In this document: one piece after another, positions 13,901-28,858 of the stretch | How the letters are laid out: every line of letters starts with the position of its first letter | Position numbering within the stretch: position 1 is the stretch's first letter | Source: Kudoa neothunni | Taxonomy: Eukaryota; Animalia; Cnidaria | Length of the DNA stretch: 64,000 nucleotides | Assembly: GCA_964304625.1 (NCBI GenBank) | Contig: OZ199840.1 | Location: forward strand, 5,755,200 to 5,819,199 | Direction: 5' to 3' | Position numbers and translations under genes: made by a program | Notes under the pieces: model-generated | Databases searched by the model: none | The model's input: the letters and a program-made list of their open reading frames with translations, nothing else | What the model was told of the DNA's origin: nothing

Positions 13901-15668
13901 CAATGGTTCTTAATCTTTCTACCTCGCGGAACCTTAATTTGTTTACTGGAATTATCACGAACCCCATCTCGTTTGAATGCATAATTCAATCATACATATA
14001 AATATTTTACCTTCACGTTCCCATTGTTCACTTCGGTAAACAGATTAAAAAAGATTTAAATAATTGTTAAATTGTTTTTTTAATAAAATTCAAGTTACAT
14101 ATAATTTTAATATTAGTTTAATTAAAATAATACTTGATTAAAAAGAAAAATTTAGGCTGGAAAGGGTTAAATTATTTATCTAATATCCATAATTTTATTA
14201 AAATATTTATTATGTATATTAATTTTGTGGTGGTTTTGTCTTAAAATATACATTAAACATTTATAACCACTATGCTATGAATTTTGTTTGGCATTAAACA
14301 AAAAATTAACAACTATAAAATCCTTCCCTGTAATTTTTTTAGAAATTACTAAAACTCTAACCAAGAAAGACAATGACGCATAATATTTACAATAAAAAAT
14401 TTAACGAAATCTGTTGAATTGTTATCTATACATGGGTAAATGTCTATAAACAAAATATAGAAAAAATTTCTGAGTAAGAAAAGTTCTTATAATAATCGAA
14501 ATATTTTTGTTATATAAAATCTCTGTTTTAGTTAATTATTGTGTTTAATACAATAAAGAGTTAACAAAGGAAGAATTTCTATAACAGAATGTGAGATTAA
14601 CGCAAAAATCCCACTTTTTTATTAGTAATAGATATTAAAAGAATATTTAATGAGATTTTAGTAATCTCAATTTATCATTAAGTTCACAGAATTCTGACGA
14701 ATATTCGAAAGAGAAACACGCATGTAAGTGATTTCGTGAAGTATTTTATGGTAACCTTTTTTTGTTTACAAGGTCAAACCCCTGGCGCAACTTGTTAGGT
14801 TGTGAAGGTTGTGAAGCTCTCGGGATGGTTAAGCCTTCTCCATTCGTGCTTTAGACACCGCAGAATCATATTAAGGATACTTACGTATATGCGGTAGTGT
14901 AGAATTTTAACCCACTAAACATCCTCGTTTCGGAGCAACCACCACTCCAACCATACTCTGGACTAACCCGACATTAGTCTGGAAAAGTCATCTGAATGCG
15001 GACGTCGGCTCTACGGAAACCCTCTACCTCTACAAGGTTGTATTTCTTTCCTGTACCCCGGCGTTTATGAGCGCCCGAGTTCTACCTTTCTACCAGGCTC
15101 CCCTCCCAGCTGAAAACAAGGTTACGATAAATCGCAGATTCTTGCGATTACTACAGCCTTCCTACTTAATTTCGGATTAGGAGTACGGAACGCCCGATTA
15201 AGCTTCGAACTCACAACCTCGAGGTATCCGATCTCGACCTAACACCACTATGCCATATTGTCCAGGTTGTTTTATGGTAACCAGAATGGAAATCTAGTTT
15301 CACAATAATTGGCTGTTGTAAAAGGAGTAATCAACCTAATCGCATATTCTGCAATATGAAAAAGAATATTTTGGAAATTTCTAGTTTTTATCAAATAACC
15401 TGCTGAATAATTATTGTTCTTATAGATTTTTTTACAAAATAGATCATAAAACAATGAAATTTTGTAATAAATATAAAATGTTTATAAAAAACAATAACGT
15501 AAAGATATATTTGAAATTTTTAATAATTACGTTAATTTTCAAAAATACCTAATTATAATGAATGTATGACGATAATACTAGATTCTGATTTTAAAATCTC
15601 TCACGGACCTCCTTAGATTTGTCCTCGGACAACCTGGGGGTCCCCGAACCCCAGGTTAAGAACCATTG
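13901..15668 (-). mobile_element. Internally deleted hAT element retaining the C-terminal dimerisation-domain relic, interrupted by a SINE
   Basis: TIRs CAATGGTTCTTAA and TTAAGAACCATTG. The minus strand encodes AIRLITPFTTANYCETRF (hAT PF.TTY.CE.GFS motif) and continues after the SINE as MRVSLSNI. Confidence 0.75.
14757..15269 (-). mobile_element. tRNA-derived SINE, copy 1 (~513 bp)
   Basis: 13-bp TSD TTTTATGGTAACC at 14744-14756 and 15270-15282. The minus-strand head has A box TGGCATAGTGG and B box GAGTTCGAAGC. The 3' end is ...TGACCTTGTAAAC followed by an A tail. Homologous to 59399-59911. Confidence 0.9.
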
Positions 15669-16121
15669 CCCTAATGAGAATAGTCAGTCAGGGTTAAGAT
15701 ACGATTGAGATTTTATTAGAATACTTAAAAGGCCTAACAACACGAACTGGAGCAAAATTGACCCTAAAACGCACGGAAAATTGAACTCAATTCGTAAAAC
15801 CCCAATAGTTATCGTCAATTGCAACACCTAGCTAGATTTACGTAATAAATACCAAAGTTTTTAACGTTTTGATGGATTTATATGAGGAAATCTACTTCTC
15901 TTTTCAAACTTGATTGCAACTCTTATAGCATTTCATAGATAGAAAAGCATTATATTTGGTTATACAGGATGGAAAAAATTTAATGGCCGAGATAAGTACA
16001 AAGTCGGTCGTGAGTACTCATCAGCACGATAGAATGAGATAATAAAAGAAGGCGATAGAGATTAAAAAAGAATAGAAAATAATGATAAACAATTAAATTT
16101 GAATTTCGTATAAAAATAGGT

Positions 16122-19100
16122 TTATACAGGAAATTTGATTGGGTTTTTTGACACGTTCTGTGTAATATTTTTGCCCAGGTTGTCAATGAATTTTGGAAAT
16201 TCCCTTCGAGCAACACTTCTGACGGCGCCAGCAGGAAGCCAACCTCCCGGATTGACTAAAAATTGTATTAAAGCGAGATGAATTATCAAATAAGTTATTC
16301 GATTTTGTAAAAGGATTACTTGAAGCAAAATAATGAAGACGAGTAAAAATGTCCTCTCTAGTCAATTTTGCTGGATCGGTGCCTGAAGGTTTACGAGAAA
16401 AGGTCTGACAGAGCAATCCCACATTGGCCAAAGCGCGAACACAATTTTCACTCTGATCAAATATGATAAAAACACAGTTCCAAAAAAATATGGTTACCTG
16501 AGCCTTTGGATGGTCAACTGAAAAGTTTACAACCATCCACGAAGGACCGATCAAATTAGCATTGGTTGGAAGATTTTTCTAGATTAGTTCGAAAAATCCA
16601 ATCGAATCCAATAAACAAAACCATTATTTACTTTGGTATTCTCTTCAGTCATTATGTGAAGAAGAGATTCACCAAGTTTGGTGGTGTTGTTGATGCATCG
16701 AATTTCCGAAAAGAAACAACAGTCTCTTCGAGCAGCAGGCCACACATGTTTGTGTAGTTGGTGCACGACACAAGAGTTGTCATCCAGCCATTCTAGCACG
16801 TTAATCTCATCCACATTCACATCCCATCCCAATCTTAATGATGGATCCCAAAAATAGATAGCGACCTCTTCAGCAGTGACACCCTGCGAATAAAACATAG
16901 GGATATCAACTTACTCTGTGTTTATCATTCTTTTAGATTACCTCATAAATGGAAATAACACGGTGAGGATCGACGACAATATCTCCAATTTCAAGAGTTT
17001 TCTTATAGATCTACAATAAGGGGAAAAGGAAAATTATATTTGAAATTCGATGTGCTGTGCACAATGTTGACATACCCTTGTGGGTCCATTTTCCGAGGAA
17101 ATATCCCATGTTCCATCATTACCAATCGGTTCGGTGAGAAATCGTTCAGCTTCCTCAAATTCTTTAATTATCTATGATTTAAAGAGTTAGTCAAATTGCA
17201 CGTTGACATAAGTTCAATCACCTGATCAGCATATCTTTCATCTCTGGGAGGTTGTTCAGTAGAAACACTAATCTTATGTAAACTGCTGTCGGAACGAAGA
17301 GAATTCAGTTGAGCGTTAACTCTATCCATCTCTAATTTGATTCTTCCCGTTTCAATTTCGTAGGCGGTTTCAAACGCATCATAAAATTCATCGGATTCTA
17401 TCATCGAATGGGGACCTTCCTGTAGGAGAATCGAATGAGAAATAAGAATCACAGAGATCAGATAAGATGGGATGATCGAATGAAAAAGTTCAACCATCAT
17501 TAAACATACCACAAAATCAGGTCCACTTTGAAGAACTGACAAATCTTTTCCTTTCAGTCGCAGATTTTTATACTTTTCGCCGAGGATGTGTTTTTTGGAA
17601 CGTTCCTATGTGGTAGGAGGAGTTTAGCATAACAAAAATAAATCGCTGATATCACTTTTAGCAGGTCTTCCTTATAACCTTTATGTACACTTTTGATGGT
17701 TTCAATACAGTGAGTCATGGTAGCAAGTAGGCCGGACGCAGCTGATCTAAAGCCCAGCGCCTGTGAAACAAAATCCATTTTCTACAAAGAAGCATAACAT
17801 TCAAGTGAGACAAAATATAGGAAAATTTACCAACGATTGTACTTTATCTATTTGTTGACAACCAGCACAATTTTTGCTTGGGGTTGTTTTTTTATCCAGG
17901 TATGTTTGTTCTAAAATGAAATATCAATGTAAATGCGTATTTATCATGAACCGCATTCAAAGAATAGGTGGGAATTAAGTTAAAATTTGGCAAAAGTTAC
18001 TATGTTTCGTCATTTATCTGGTGTACGTGAATTTAAAGAGAAGAGATATTTGTTAGCGAGCTTAGCCACTATTGTCAGCCAATACATCTTACGAGAAAAA
18101 AAAACAATATCAGAAATACTACATGTAAGCGGAATCGCTTTTAAGTCATTAAATTATAAAAAGGGAGGCAGTCTTATAATTAGCATAAAAAATCATTCAT
18201 GTTGCATAATTAACGTAATACATTATCTGTGGAGAAAACATCCTAGTGGCAAACTGCACACTATTCAGCTTAACGATTTTATTAAAGTTATTAGAATGAC
18301 AACTTTAACTCACAATGATAATTAACAGTAAACGCATACGTCGCACATATTTTGACTTTTCCTTTTCTGAGTTATGACTATGACTAGGATATCTTTGGTA
18401 TCCATAAAACAATCATTATTCTGCTAATTTAAACTACACTTTTTCTCGCACCAAAATTTCTTATACAATCCTAAAACCCAACACTCTCTTGGTATTACTA
18501 TAAAATAACTTAATTTTACTTTCCAAACTAAAAAATTTACACTATGTAGGTCATGTGATATATCTCAATATTTTATAGAAAAAAATATTTTCATTCAGAA
18601 AATTACTTTGATACTCAGAAAGTGAATCAAATATTATAATAATCCGATCAAATTATTCTTTGTTTATTAGTTGGAGTTTATCGTGTATTTAGCATATTTA
18701 ATGTTCTTATCTATTTAAATATCTATTTTTAATAATAGAAAAATATTCAACACTTTTATACAGATCATTTAAATATTGTTGAGATCTAATGAATAGAGTC
18801 CAGCTTGAGATGGAGTTCGGAACTTTCAGGAAATTTAACTCGTAAAAATATCATTGCTTCTTCATATTCTTATATCAAAGAAAAACTTTTAACGATGGAA
18901 AAAATATCGTTTCATTATAAATTATATTTAATTTAATATTAAACTAGCGTTTTCAAATGTTTACATAAAAATCATAACTTTCTCAGTAACCTGTTCTATT
19001 AGAAAACGAGCAATAATTCTTGTCGATTTAGTACATTGTTTCCTAACCTTGGGGTCCATCCGTCTGTCAGAAGGCTTTTACAATTGAAAATTTAGTCTAT

Positions 19101-21208
19101 CGTAAATTCCTGGATCTAATAAAACCAAATTTAGAAGCATAATTCTTATAAAGATAGTATCATATATATAAATTTACGTTGTTGATACACTTGGGGGTAT
19201 GTAGCCAAAAAGGTTGGGGAACACTGTTTTAGTATAATCCAATTATCCTTACAGTATTCGTACAGTGCATTCCATGTGAGGAAGAGTATGAATAATAAAA
19301 TTCACTTATTTTGATACAACAGTCTTATGTAGTAAAATTAATTTATCACATAATATGCGTTAAATCATTAAACCATTAATATAAACAAAATTTAGGTCAT
19401 TTAAAATAATTAATTTCAAAGAAAATATACAGGCCCAAGCGTGATTCAGTACTACAGGAAAATCTCAGTATTGCGTCATTTTTCCTTGGTCCCCAAAAAG
19501 CAAAGCAATATCGAGCGTTAACTGTAATTGATTCCACGCACAATAACAACAATTATCTAACTTATTTTCGACGAAGTTTATAAATCACTTAATAAATTAA
19601 TTTTAAAGGAGATGGCTATTTCAATAAACCATAATATCCACGTACATTTAGTTCCGACTATAGTTAATAATTAAATACAACAGATTTTAAAACAACCTTT
19701 ATTCATCAACTATAAATGGGAGTAGTTATAGATAAAAATTTCAATTGCGCAACCCCACATGCCATTTAGGATTAAAAATAGGAGGGAATTCTTGGCACGG
19801 TTAAGTTTAATCCAAAATATTATGTTCGCACGCGCGATTAAAATTTTTAATCCAAACAACTCTTACTTACACATTATATACATATTTAATGTGTTTAGAA
19901 TTTGCTTTATTATTTCTGTCTCGCCGCTTCACTCTTGGGGTCCCCAAATAATTAAATATAGTCAAAACTAGTGACACCCGAATATTATTTGCTGTTACCA
20001 TAACCGAATTATGATATTCAATTTAAATTCAACCTAACTATTTATATTTAAAAATTTTGAAAAAATCTATTTTTTGCACATATAAAAACTAATATTTCGG
20101 ATTGATTTAAATATGATAACTAAATTAGCGATAAATAAATGAGTGCATGATGTATTTATTAATAAGATTTCACTTCGAAACAGGGAAAAAATAGAATTTT
20201 TTAAAATACAATAAAAGTGGCTGAATAAATTAAGATTTAATATTATCTTAAAAATAATGCCGCGAATTAATATGAAAATGGAATCTCAAATTTACCTTGA
20301 ATAGGTGCGGTAGACGCAGGCGAGTTAGGAGGTGTGATAACTAGGGACGTAGGACGAGTTGATGAGGATTTTTTGGGTGATTTTGACGTTTTGGCTTTAC
20401 TCTTACTGAAGAAAAACCTACTCAGAACTCCGTTCACAGTGGCACTATCATCATCGGAATCGTCATCATCTGAGGTGTTCAAATCGATTCCAACTTCTGG
20501 AGTGCCAAATGTGTCCGACAATACAGCATACACATTTTGAATAGTATCAATGTGGCCGCAGATCTGATTTTTAAAAAGTTCCAACTCTTCCATACACACA
20601 CTCAACTTAAGCACACTCTAATCAATAATACCACCCAGTAAATTCCAATACATCATGACATAATCATAAAATGAAAATAATACATCATCGTCTGCTGTTC
20701 CTGATGATTTTTGACTGGAATCCGATAACAGTGATGCTATCGAATTCACTCTTGATAGATTGTCGGAATCCTGATTGGTACCAACAGACAAAGTTTCCTT
20801 CCAATATCAAACCATCCATCAATCCACACACACACAAATATCAATTACTTTGATCGTTTCAATTTGACAGATCCATTGATTTCTCGATATAAGTGTATCG
20901 GCACGAAAATAATAAGTCGATTTCCCAGCCCTCACATCGAATCGACATTCATCATAGTTGTTCACTACAACCTTGATCTTGGCCACATTGAGTGATCCTT
21001 TACAACTAACATTTGTATCACCCTTATCTTTGAAATAGGACAATCGTCCATTGCACAAGGTAACGTAACGATCCTGCCAACCGCTGTAATAGTTGGTCCA
21101 TTTTTTCAAATATCCTCCAAACGTTAACGTATCACTATTGTCGGTTGGAACACTAGTCTCCGATTCATCATATCTACGTTCACTCATTGTATTCCAAACA
21201 AATTCCAT
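16122..21208 (-). CDS. CERT1: Ceramide transfer protein (PH - FFAT - START)
   Basis: PH domain GYLKKWTNYYSGWQDRYV...DECRFDV. Middle region GPDFV|EGPHSMIESDEFYDAFE contains the FFAT motif. START domain has HQLHKHVWPAARRD and NPGGWLPAGAVRSVARREFPKF. Many short introns plus one of ~2.4 kb (17911-20295). Start is 21208 or the in-frame ATG at 21187. Confidence 0.92.
19034..19226. mobile_element. 193-bp hAT MITE inside the large CERT intron
   Basis: TIRs CATTGTTTCCTAACC and GGTTGGGGAACACTG. 8-bp TSD ATTTAGTA / TTTTAGTA (7/8 match). Confidence 0.8.
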
Positions 21209-23699
21209 CGCAATATCAACAAAGTAAATGAATGAGGCAAGTGTGTATGTGGTTTTTGTTGCAACTTTCGAACAATTGACACCACGATACGCAAATCAAT
21301 TGACAAAATCAGCTCGCTAGAAACAATAGCGTTTCTGTTCTAAAAAAATGATCACACTTCAATGTCTACTCGTTCTTCACTGTTATCTACTTGGGTCGAT
21401 GAAAGGTAAACTATTGAACTGTGCTTGTGGGCTCACGGTTGCTCACGAGGGATTAAACCTATCATCAATGTGTTAATGTGAGGTATTTTATCAGTTTATT
21501 CTATTATTTAATCTGTAAACGTTTTTCGTAAATAATTGTTAGATTTTTCTTCAGAAATTAAGCTTTATTGTCAATATCAATGTGCGCGTATTATTTTGGC
21601 CATATTCTAAAGTTGTTTGGCTATCGAAGCGGATCTATTTTTTGACTAATTTGGGGTTGGTACAATCTCGATATATTAGTAACATATTATTGGTGTTATC
21701 GTTTGGGTCCAACTATTCATTTACATTCAATTCATCCTCAATTTTAAATTTTCTGTCGTAAAGTTGTTAGAACAACAAATACCAATTTAATATAATTCAA
21801 TTCTAAGAAAGTCAACCACTGTAAAATTTTTAACTTTTCTGTTCTAAGGCGTTAAAATTATATTCTACAATCATCTGATAGATAAATTCCCATGGTAACA
21901 ACTCAATTTGTAGAATAATTCCACCTGAACTTATCTCACAAATTGTATTAATATATTCAAGGAACAATAAATATAACAGATATTTATTCTACTCTATTTC
22001 CCATCAATATGAATATGAATATGAAAATTAAAGTTAAATTAATTAAATGAGAGTGTTCTCTAGCTTAATGCTCTGTTTTAATGTCCGATTCGGTAGCGAT
22101 CTAAAAAGAATTAATTTTCTCACATGGAATCTGAGAAAATCGAGGTCTAAATAATCGAAAGCTTCTAGTTTTCACAAGAACAAGAATAAAATTTTTCGGA
22201 CGAACATATTTGATTTTTTGTGTGCGATAGAAGTTGTAACAATATTCAAAATATGTGATAAATCAAAAATGGGATTAATTCGTTTGAAAGAATAAATAAG
22301 AAATTTTTCACAGCTAAACTCTTTGTCGGACCTACGATAAATGGATATAGAGATATTTGATTAAGACTCCATACTTATATCAAAATTCTCTTCATAAGTG
22401 TAGAATTTTAAAGTCAACTTGCACGCTTAGATTCGTTATAATGCATAATGCTATCTTAGAAAAAATACATATTTTAGCTTTTAGAATTCAGTTAATCAGT
22501 CAAGGGATAACTTTTTGGGCCGACTGATGTAAGAAAATTTAAAAGTATTAAATAGTATTTGCAGCATGTAAATCATTTCATCAATCATGGAAATCCTCCT
22601 TAAAGCTACTGTTAAACTCTATTTAGGACTCCAACCATACAAAATCGCAATTGTTTACATCATAAGGTATTAGCTAAAATATTAAAATATCGGGAAAAAT
22701 TTAAATCTGTTGATAGATAACTATATTATACACATAAGTTTAGAAAAAATATTTTAATTAAAGGTTCAAATTGTGAAGCTGTTCAAAAATAACAACCTTA
22801 GTTTGAAACTCTAATGAATCTCTCGACTTAATAAGAATTTGGCATATGTTGCCTTAAAATATATACAGCCCAACTTTGGTTATCCGGAAAATTTTGGCGC
22901 GGCGATTTTCTTTCCGGGGAGCGGAGCGAGGTTCCGTTTAATCGGATATCGAACATCGAGCATAGACAATGACTTGTGTGCGCGCGTTTTTTAAGAGTCT
23001 ACTTAAAGGATTGTTTACTTGATTTATAAACAATTTTTACCATTTATCTAGTAAAATTATTTAACTCCTGCAATTCAAACTAAAATATGTTGACATATCT
23101 TCTAACTAAGAGTATGGAAACTTTGTCCTCTCGGGACCAAGTGGGGCCCCTCGTGACCCTATTTTAAGTTATTCTTTCTTGTAAAAATTATAACCGCATA
23201 AATTTCCGTACAAAATCCACTTAATCTTAAAAAATATATTCGTATACTGTATGAATTAGAGATTTTTAAAAATATGAGAAGTTATCCTAGAAAAAATGCT
23301 TGTATAATTGAGCACATGCTCTCCATACTTCATGTTTTAACTTTTTATTAAATTATTAAAAGATAAAAATAAACAACAAAATATTACCACAATTAATATA
23401 TATTGGATCTTAAAGAAATGCTCCAATTGTAGGGTTTCCTTTTTCCTAGCGAGGGACTACGATGACGTCAAGTTTAAATTAAGATTTATCGGCTACATGT
23501 GTTTTAGGCGTTAAGAATTAACAAAGTATATTATTTACTTTTTGATTATCAATTTAAAAAGAAATTTATAATTAGGTATGCCCTTTGATAATGATATCAA
23601 TAATTTGAGGCTAAACTGCAGTGTAAGTGTCCCAACTTCGAAGGGGAGGGGCATCGTAACTTATTGGTGAATATTTGCGCCAGACTTTCAAGGATCACT

Positions 23700-23790
23700 A
23701 TAATTCGCATTTAAAATATAGTTTCGAGCTATTTAATGCATGCATTGATATTGGCGAAACGCCTAAATCATGGAAAACATTGGTCCATGG
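23700..23790 (+). pseudogene. Non-LTR retrotransposon ORF2 fragment
   Basis: LFNACIDIGETPKSWKT matches the LINE pre-RT motif LFN..L..G..P..WK. Confidence 0.5.
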
Positions 23791-24898
23791 AAAAGATCAC
23801 GGTGTATATTTTGCTGCCCATGAAATATTAATCGAAAAACTAATATACGGTGCTATAACTGTAAGAGACCTATTCGTATGTCTCACAGATTCAAAAAAAA
23901 AGTTGTATATTGTTAGGCATGTAGTTTAGGATCCGATTGATGTAATCTTTGAAAAAATTGTTCTTTCTTTAGGAAACCTCAGAATTAATGTAATTTATTG
24001 TTAAATAAACCTATTGTAAATTTTTCGTATTTAATTTGTTTTATTTGAATATATAAAAATACTCAAATACTTATAACCATGACCCAGCCTACTTAACCTT
24101 ACTTTCATGTTTGCGATTAACGACTTTGTCAGGAAATTATGCCCGATTTCTTGTGTGGTCGCTTGTGTGCATATCTCATCTATATTTGATTGAACTCCGT
24201 TATTATACTTCCGGAAACTTTAAATAATGTAAATATATCCAAACATATATTTAAACATACGATCTGTTGCAGATGTTTATAATATTTAATCGAAGAATTC
24301 AATACATTTTTTTAATTTTATTCTCTCCAAAGCAAACTTATAAACGAATAGCATAGCTACGTTATGATTAATAACTACAATAATAACTTTTTGATTCAAT
24401 TGTGCAACAAAATAAAAAAATAATAATGGGGTCAAAAACGACCCCCATGGGCATATACTGAAATTTTCAACACACGGTACTTCGACGGTTAAAAGAAAAT
24501 CAGTACACAATTATGACAGTTTTTACACGTCTAAAGAGAGTAATCAATATTTTATAAATAATTGGTAATTAATATTTGTTTTATATACATAATGCCATAT
24601 GTTCAGATTTAGCACAAATTTATGTAAGAACTGAATGCTTAACCTAATTTTCAGAAAAAAAAATTATAAATAATCAACCTAGAAATATTTTCGTTTTAAA
24701 CATTGCGTTCGTGTATATGCTACATTTAATATGTTGTACGATGGTGGGTGGAATTTTTATCCTGAATTATGATTAAATAGTTGTTCCGGTTTTCGAATAA
24801 TCGAACATTTATCTAAATGTAATTTAAATTTTATTTAAATTATCTTCTCGATTGCGCGATTTCAGAATAATCGAATCTAGACTGTTCATATAAAATAG

Positions 24899-25760
24899 TT
24901 AACCCTTTGAACCCCAATGTTGCCATTTGGCAACATTTTAATTTTGTGAGTGTTTTAACCATTTAATAATATTTTTTAATTCCATATTTATTATAATAAT
25001 ATAGTTAATGTTTATTTTATTTTATTTTACAAGGATGAATTATAAAAATTTATATGTTTTATATCAAAAGCAGTACAGATGAGTATCAAACTCTATGGCA
25101 CGTATAAAAAGGATAAAAGTATCCTGCAATTAAACTTAGAATTTGGAGGTTTTGGTAAAATTAAAAATTATGCATATATGCCATTAAATAAGTTTATTCT
25201 AAAAATCATACTAAGAAGGAAATATGTTTTGATATGTATACTATAGGGACAGATTAATCTATGTTGTCATTTGACAACATTGGGCCGGGGGGTATAGCGA
25301 GCGTTGTCACATGGCGACGTTCAGCCTCGATTTAAGTGTTTTTATATTCTTTATAGCGGATTCTAACTAGAATGGAGGAAAAAATAAACAGAACATACTT
25401 TTAAAAAGTTATATTATTTCCAAGTGGGCACAAATCAGGCGTTGGACTGGAATCGGATTCCATATCGTGTAGTTAATATGATGATATTGTTGTATCCCAA
25501 TACAGTTCTAGTGATGAGGAGGAAGATGACTAGCGTTTAAATTAGACGATGAACGCGAAAAGTTTAATAAACAATGATATTGAAACGACTGATATTTTTG
25601 AACAAGTTGAAGATAGCATATTTGAACGTTTCATTTATTTCAACCGATTCTTCAATGATAGATTATTTGAACATATTTGCATTAAGTGTAATGCTCATTT
25701 ATGCCCCAATAAAACAGAAACTGCAAATTTATGACATCATTTGGTCGATGTGTTGAAAAA
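24899..25760 (+). mobile_element. piggyBac-like relic: left end plus decayed transposase N-terminus
   Basis: TTAACCCTTTG end. The subterminal palindrome ATGTTGCCATTTGGCAACAT recurs degenerately at ~25261 and ~25302. An acidic SSDEEEDD stretch follows. The right end was not found. Confidence 0.5.
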
Positions 25761-28700
25761 TTTCCTCATTAGAACAAGATTATATAATGTAGAGCACAAC
25801 ATTCTGTTTCTTCTGATATTTTCGATAATTCCAACAGAGAAAATGCTCTTTTCGGAGAAGCGTTAATCAGAGCTAGAGGAAGTAAAGGTGTGCTGTATTC
25901 TCCCCATAGAATTAAAATATATTTGCCGATAAACAATGGTCGTCAAAAAGGCGATTGTTAATAATTGGATCAAACAAAATTTGATTTTGAGCCCACTCAG
26001 TTCCTTTAATTTCAAACAATTGTATCACAGTCTTTCGTTCGATTTTTGAATAACACGTAACAACTATACCTAGATGAGGTTTTATTTTTAGTGCGACCAT
26101 TTATTCATCAACATTAAGAAAAATTAGTCAAGTAGATGATATTTAGTTAATTTTTAATTTTTTTAGGTGATACTCAAAATTTGAATTTTTTGAAAACTAA
26201 TAACAAACACTTGTAATGATAACTTAGCATTGAATATCACCAGCATCAGACTCTTTTTTTTAAATTCGAGCATTCAGAATTCAAACACAAAAATCGCTTC
26301 GCAATAATTCCAAAATGGTTCATGGCCATGACAAAATTGTGTATTGCCGCTAATAATGGTAAAAAAATCCAAAATATTGGTCCCAACAGGAGCACAAAAT
26401 TTAAAAATGTGTTCATTTTGATAAATTTTTGGCATGTTTTTCTAAGCTCAATTTTTGTATTACGTGGGTTTTAAGAATTATTAAAATTTTCTAATTGTAT
26501 CTTGCGTTTGGTGAACTTCTATTGCAGACATTTTAATTTGAAATAAATCACTGTTCCAAGTATAAAATTATCTATTCGAAGATTTCTCGTAATGAAATCA
26601 GCAACTATTGAAACATTGTTTTGCGATTATTCAGTCTTTCGAAGAACAAGAGTAAAAATCGGACAATTTTAGCTAATTTATCAAAAAAAGGACACGGGTG
26701 GCAACGCTGATTTTCATCGTTCGAATTAATCTACCTTAAATTGAAATAACAATTAATATGCTTATTCCGTAAAACATCTGCACATAGACCCACACATCTA
26801 CTCTACATAGATTGATCATATAGCTAAATTAACAGATTATTTTAGTAGATAAGAGATAATTTTAATTTCAACTGACAATCAATCTGGGATAAACGGATTT
26901 TAATCCTATTATTTAAGGCGTGTAATCCGATTAACAATTATAGAATCTATAAAATCGCCATTTTAAATGAGTTGATAATTTTTGAAGTTTAAATAATAAA
27001 CAAAGGAATATTTCAAATTATCTTATACTTTTAAAAGTTCATATATGTTTCTCCATAAGGAATAAGATTTTATTGCACATGCGTATTTATTGTCATATAT
27101 ATGTACCCTCGTCGGTTGTAGATATATAGTAGATAGTTTAAAATGAACCGAATATAGTAATTAACTTTTGTATTATACTTAATGCATTTAAGTGTGAATC
27201 TTTGAAAATAAAATGTAGAATAATTTTTTCAAGTGTCCCAAAAATGCTCTTATTAAAATTTATGTCCTGGCCGCTTATTCCAACTTAAAATTAATATGAG
27301 CCATAGTTTGGTTTAAAACCGCAGTAATATAGTCATATAACATTACTTACAGGCCAAAAACTCTTTTGGCTTGTTTTGGGAAAACTATCGGCTAAAAATG
27401 AGCGTTAGGATAATTTTAACCGCACATCAGCTTTGTAATAATTAAAGCAAGTATCTGAGTTTTAGTCTCAAAGAGAAGTTAAAAAATTTTAATGGAAATC
27501 TAATAAATTAAAGATTCGGATAAAAAATATGTTTATATAACTCAAAACGTTCATTATACTTGCATCAGATTCCTAAAAAATTAGATTCTCACATGCAAAA
27601 GTCTAACAATTCTTTGCTCAAAAATTCCATGGTATATGATTGATAAAATTATTTGACTTCTATATGATGTTTATATTACAATTAAATATTTTTAAATTCA
27701 AATTATAAAAAAATTGAAATAAATAAATAAATATGTCATCTTTTTAGCTTATCAGGGGGTGATTTTATCATTTTAATTGATTTTAAAATATTAATATATT
27801 TCTACGATATAAATAATATTTAAAAAATAGATTATGTGTAACTTAAACTATATTTCGGATTGAGAATTTTTAATTATAATTAACTTTTACAGTCCATATA
27901 TTATTTAATTTATGAGCAATGTTAATTTTATATTTTACGTAAAATTATTTTGGCTTCACGTTAATTTCTTTATGATTATAATCAATTCATAACCAATTCA
28001 GTCATTATTTTAAATAATTGAAAATTAAATTTTGTTGTCGAATTAAATTCACTTTTATATCATAAATCGTTGTTAAAGTGAAAACCCATACATACAAATT
28101 GTTTCTAATTTATACGAAATACAATTATTGATTATGAAAACAATTAACTTAATTTTATAATATTTTTTAGATCAATGTGTCGTCCGAATTAAGCTCAAAA
28201 ATATAAGTATCAATATCCTAAACTTTGAACTTCGTAATTCTTAAATTTGTAGACCGATAGCTATGGAGATTATCCTTTATATTTATTGTGAAATTTAAAT
28301 TTATTTAAAAATAATAATTTTATTTGGAATATTGTTAAATTTTTATTAATTTTGATTGGTTCCTGACCTCATCTAGCAAAAAGTCCTTGTTTTAACATCA
28401 AATATAAACTTATGTAAATTCTTATAAAGTTCAGTTATTATAATATTAAACTAGTTAATGATAATGTCAGCACAATAGTACGCATCTCTAATAAGATTAT
28501 CTGTATCACTCAATAACAACAGTCTTTTCTTTAATTCTTTTCAGAAAGAATAATGTTATATAGACTAAGCTTTAAGACATGGAACTGAAGTAGAAAATAT
28601 TCTACAAAAATAAATTCACAATAGAAATTCATTACAACAAATTTTTTTTTATTCTTTGATGGGGATTATTTTTACCATTTGTGGATCTCATAATTTATTA

Positions 28701-28858
28701 ATGTCGAATTAATATTATATCCAGGTACTACAACTTCCTCAATATTTTGTTAAAATAAAAAAAACATATTTCAGTTTTTATATAAAATACTAATATAATT
28801 TAGTGTCATACCTAAAAAGTTTAGCATAGATATAAAGAAAATGCAATGCGTGCGCATA

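Noticed and set aside
24919-24935. X-box-like palindrome GTTGCCATTTGGCAAC
   Set aside because: The spacer is 4 nt and it lies in a piggyBac-like terminus where the motif recurs, so it is a transposon subterminal repeat.
26690-26710. GGTGGCAACGCTG as a core-promoter motif
   Set aside because: It resembles a CAG(G/C)GTTGCCA-type MITE end (similar ends at ~36945 and ~37185), and no clear gene follows.
28160-28295. Possible small exons upstream of TRAPPC6
   Set aside because: Splice-like signals are present, but I could not build a consistent open frame or a recognisable protein.
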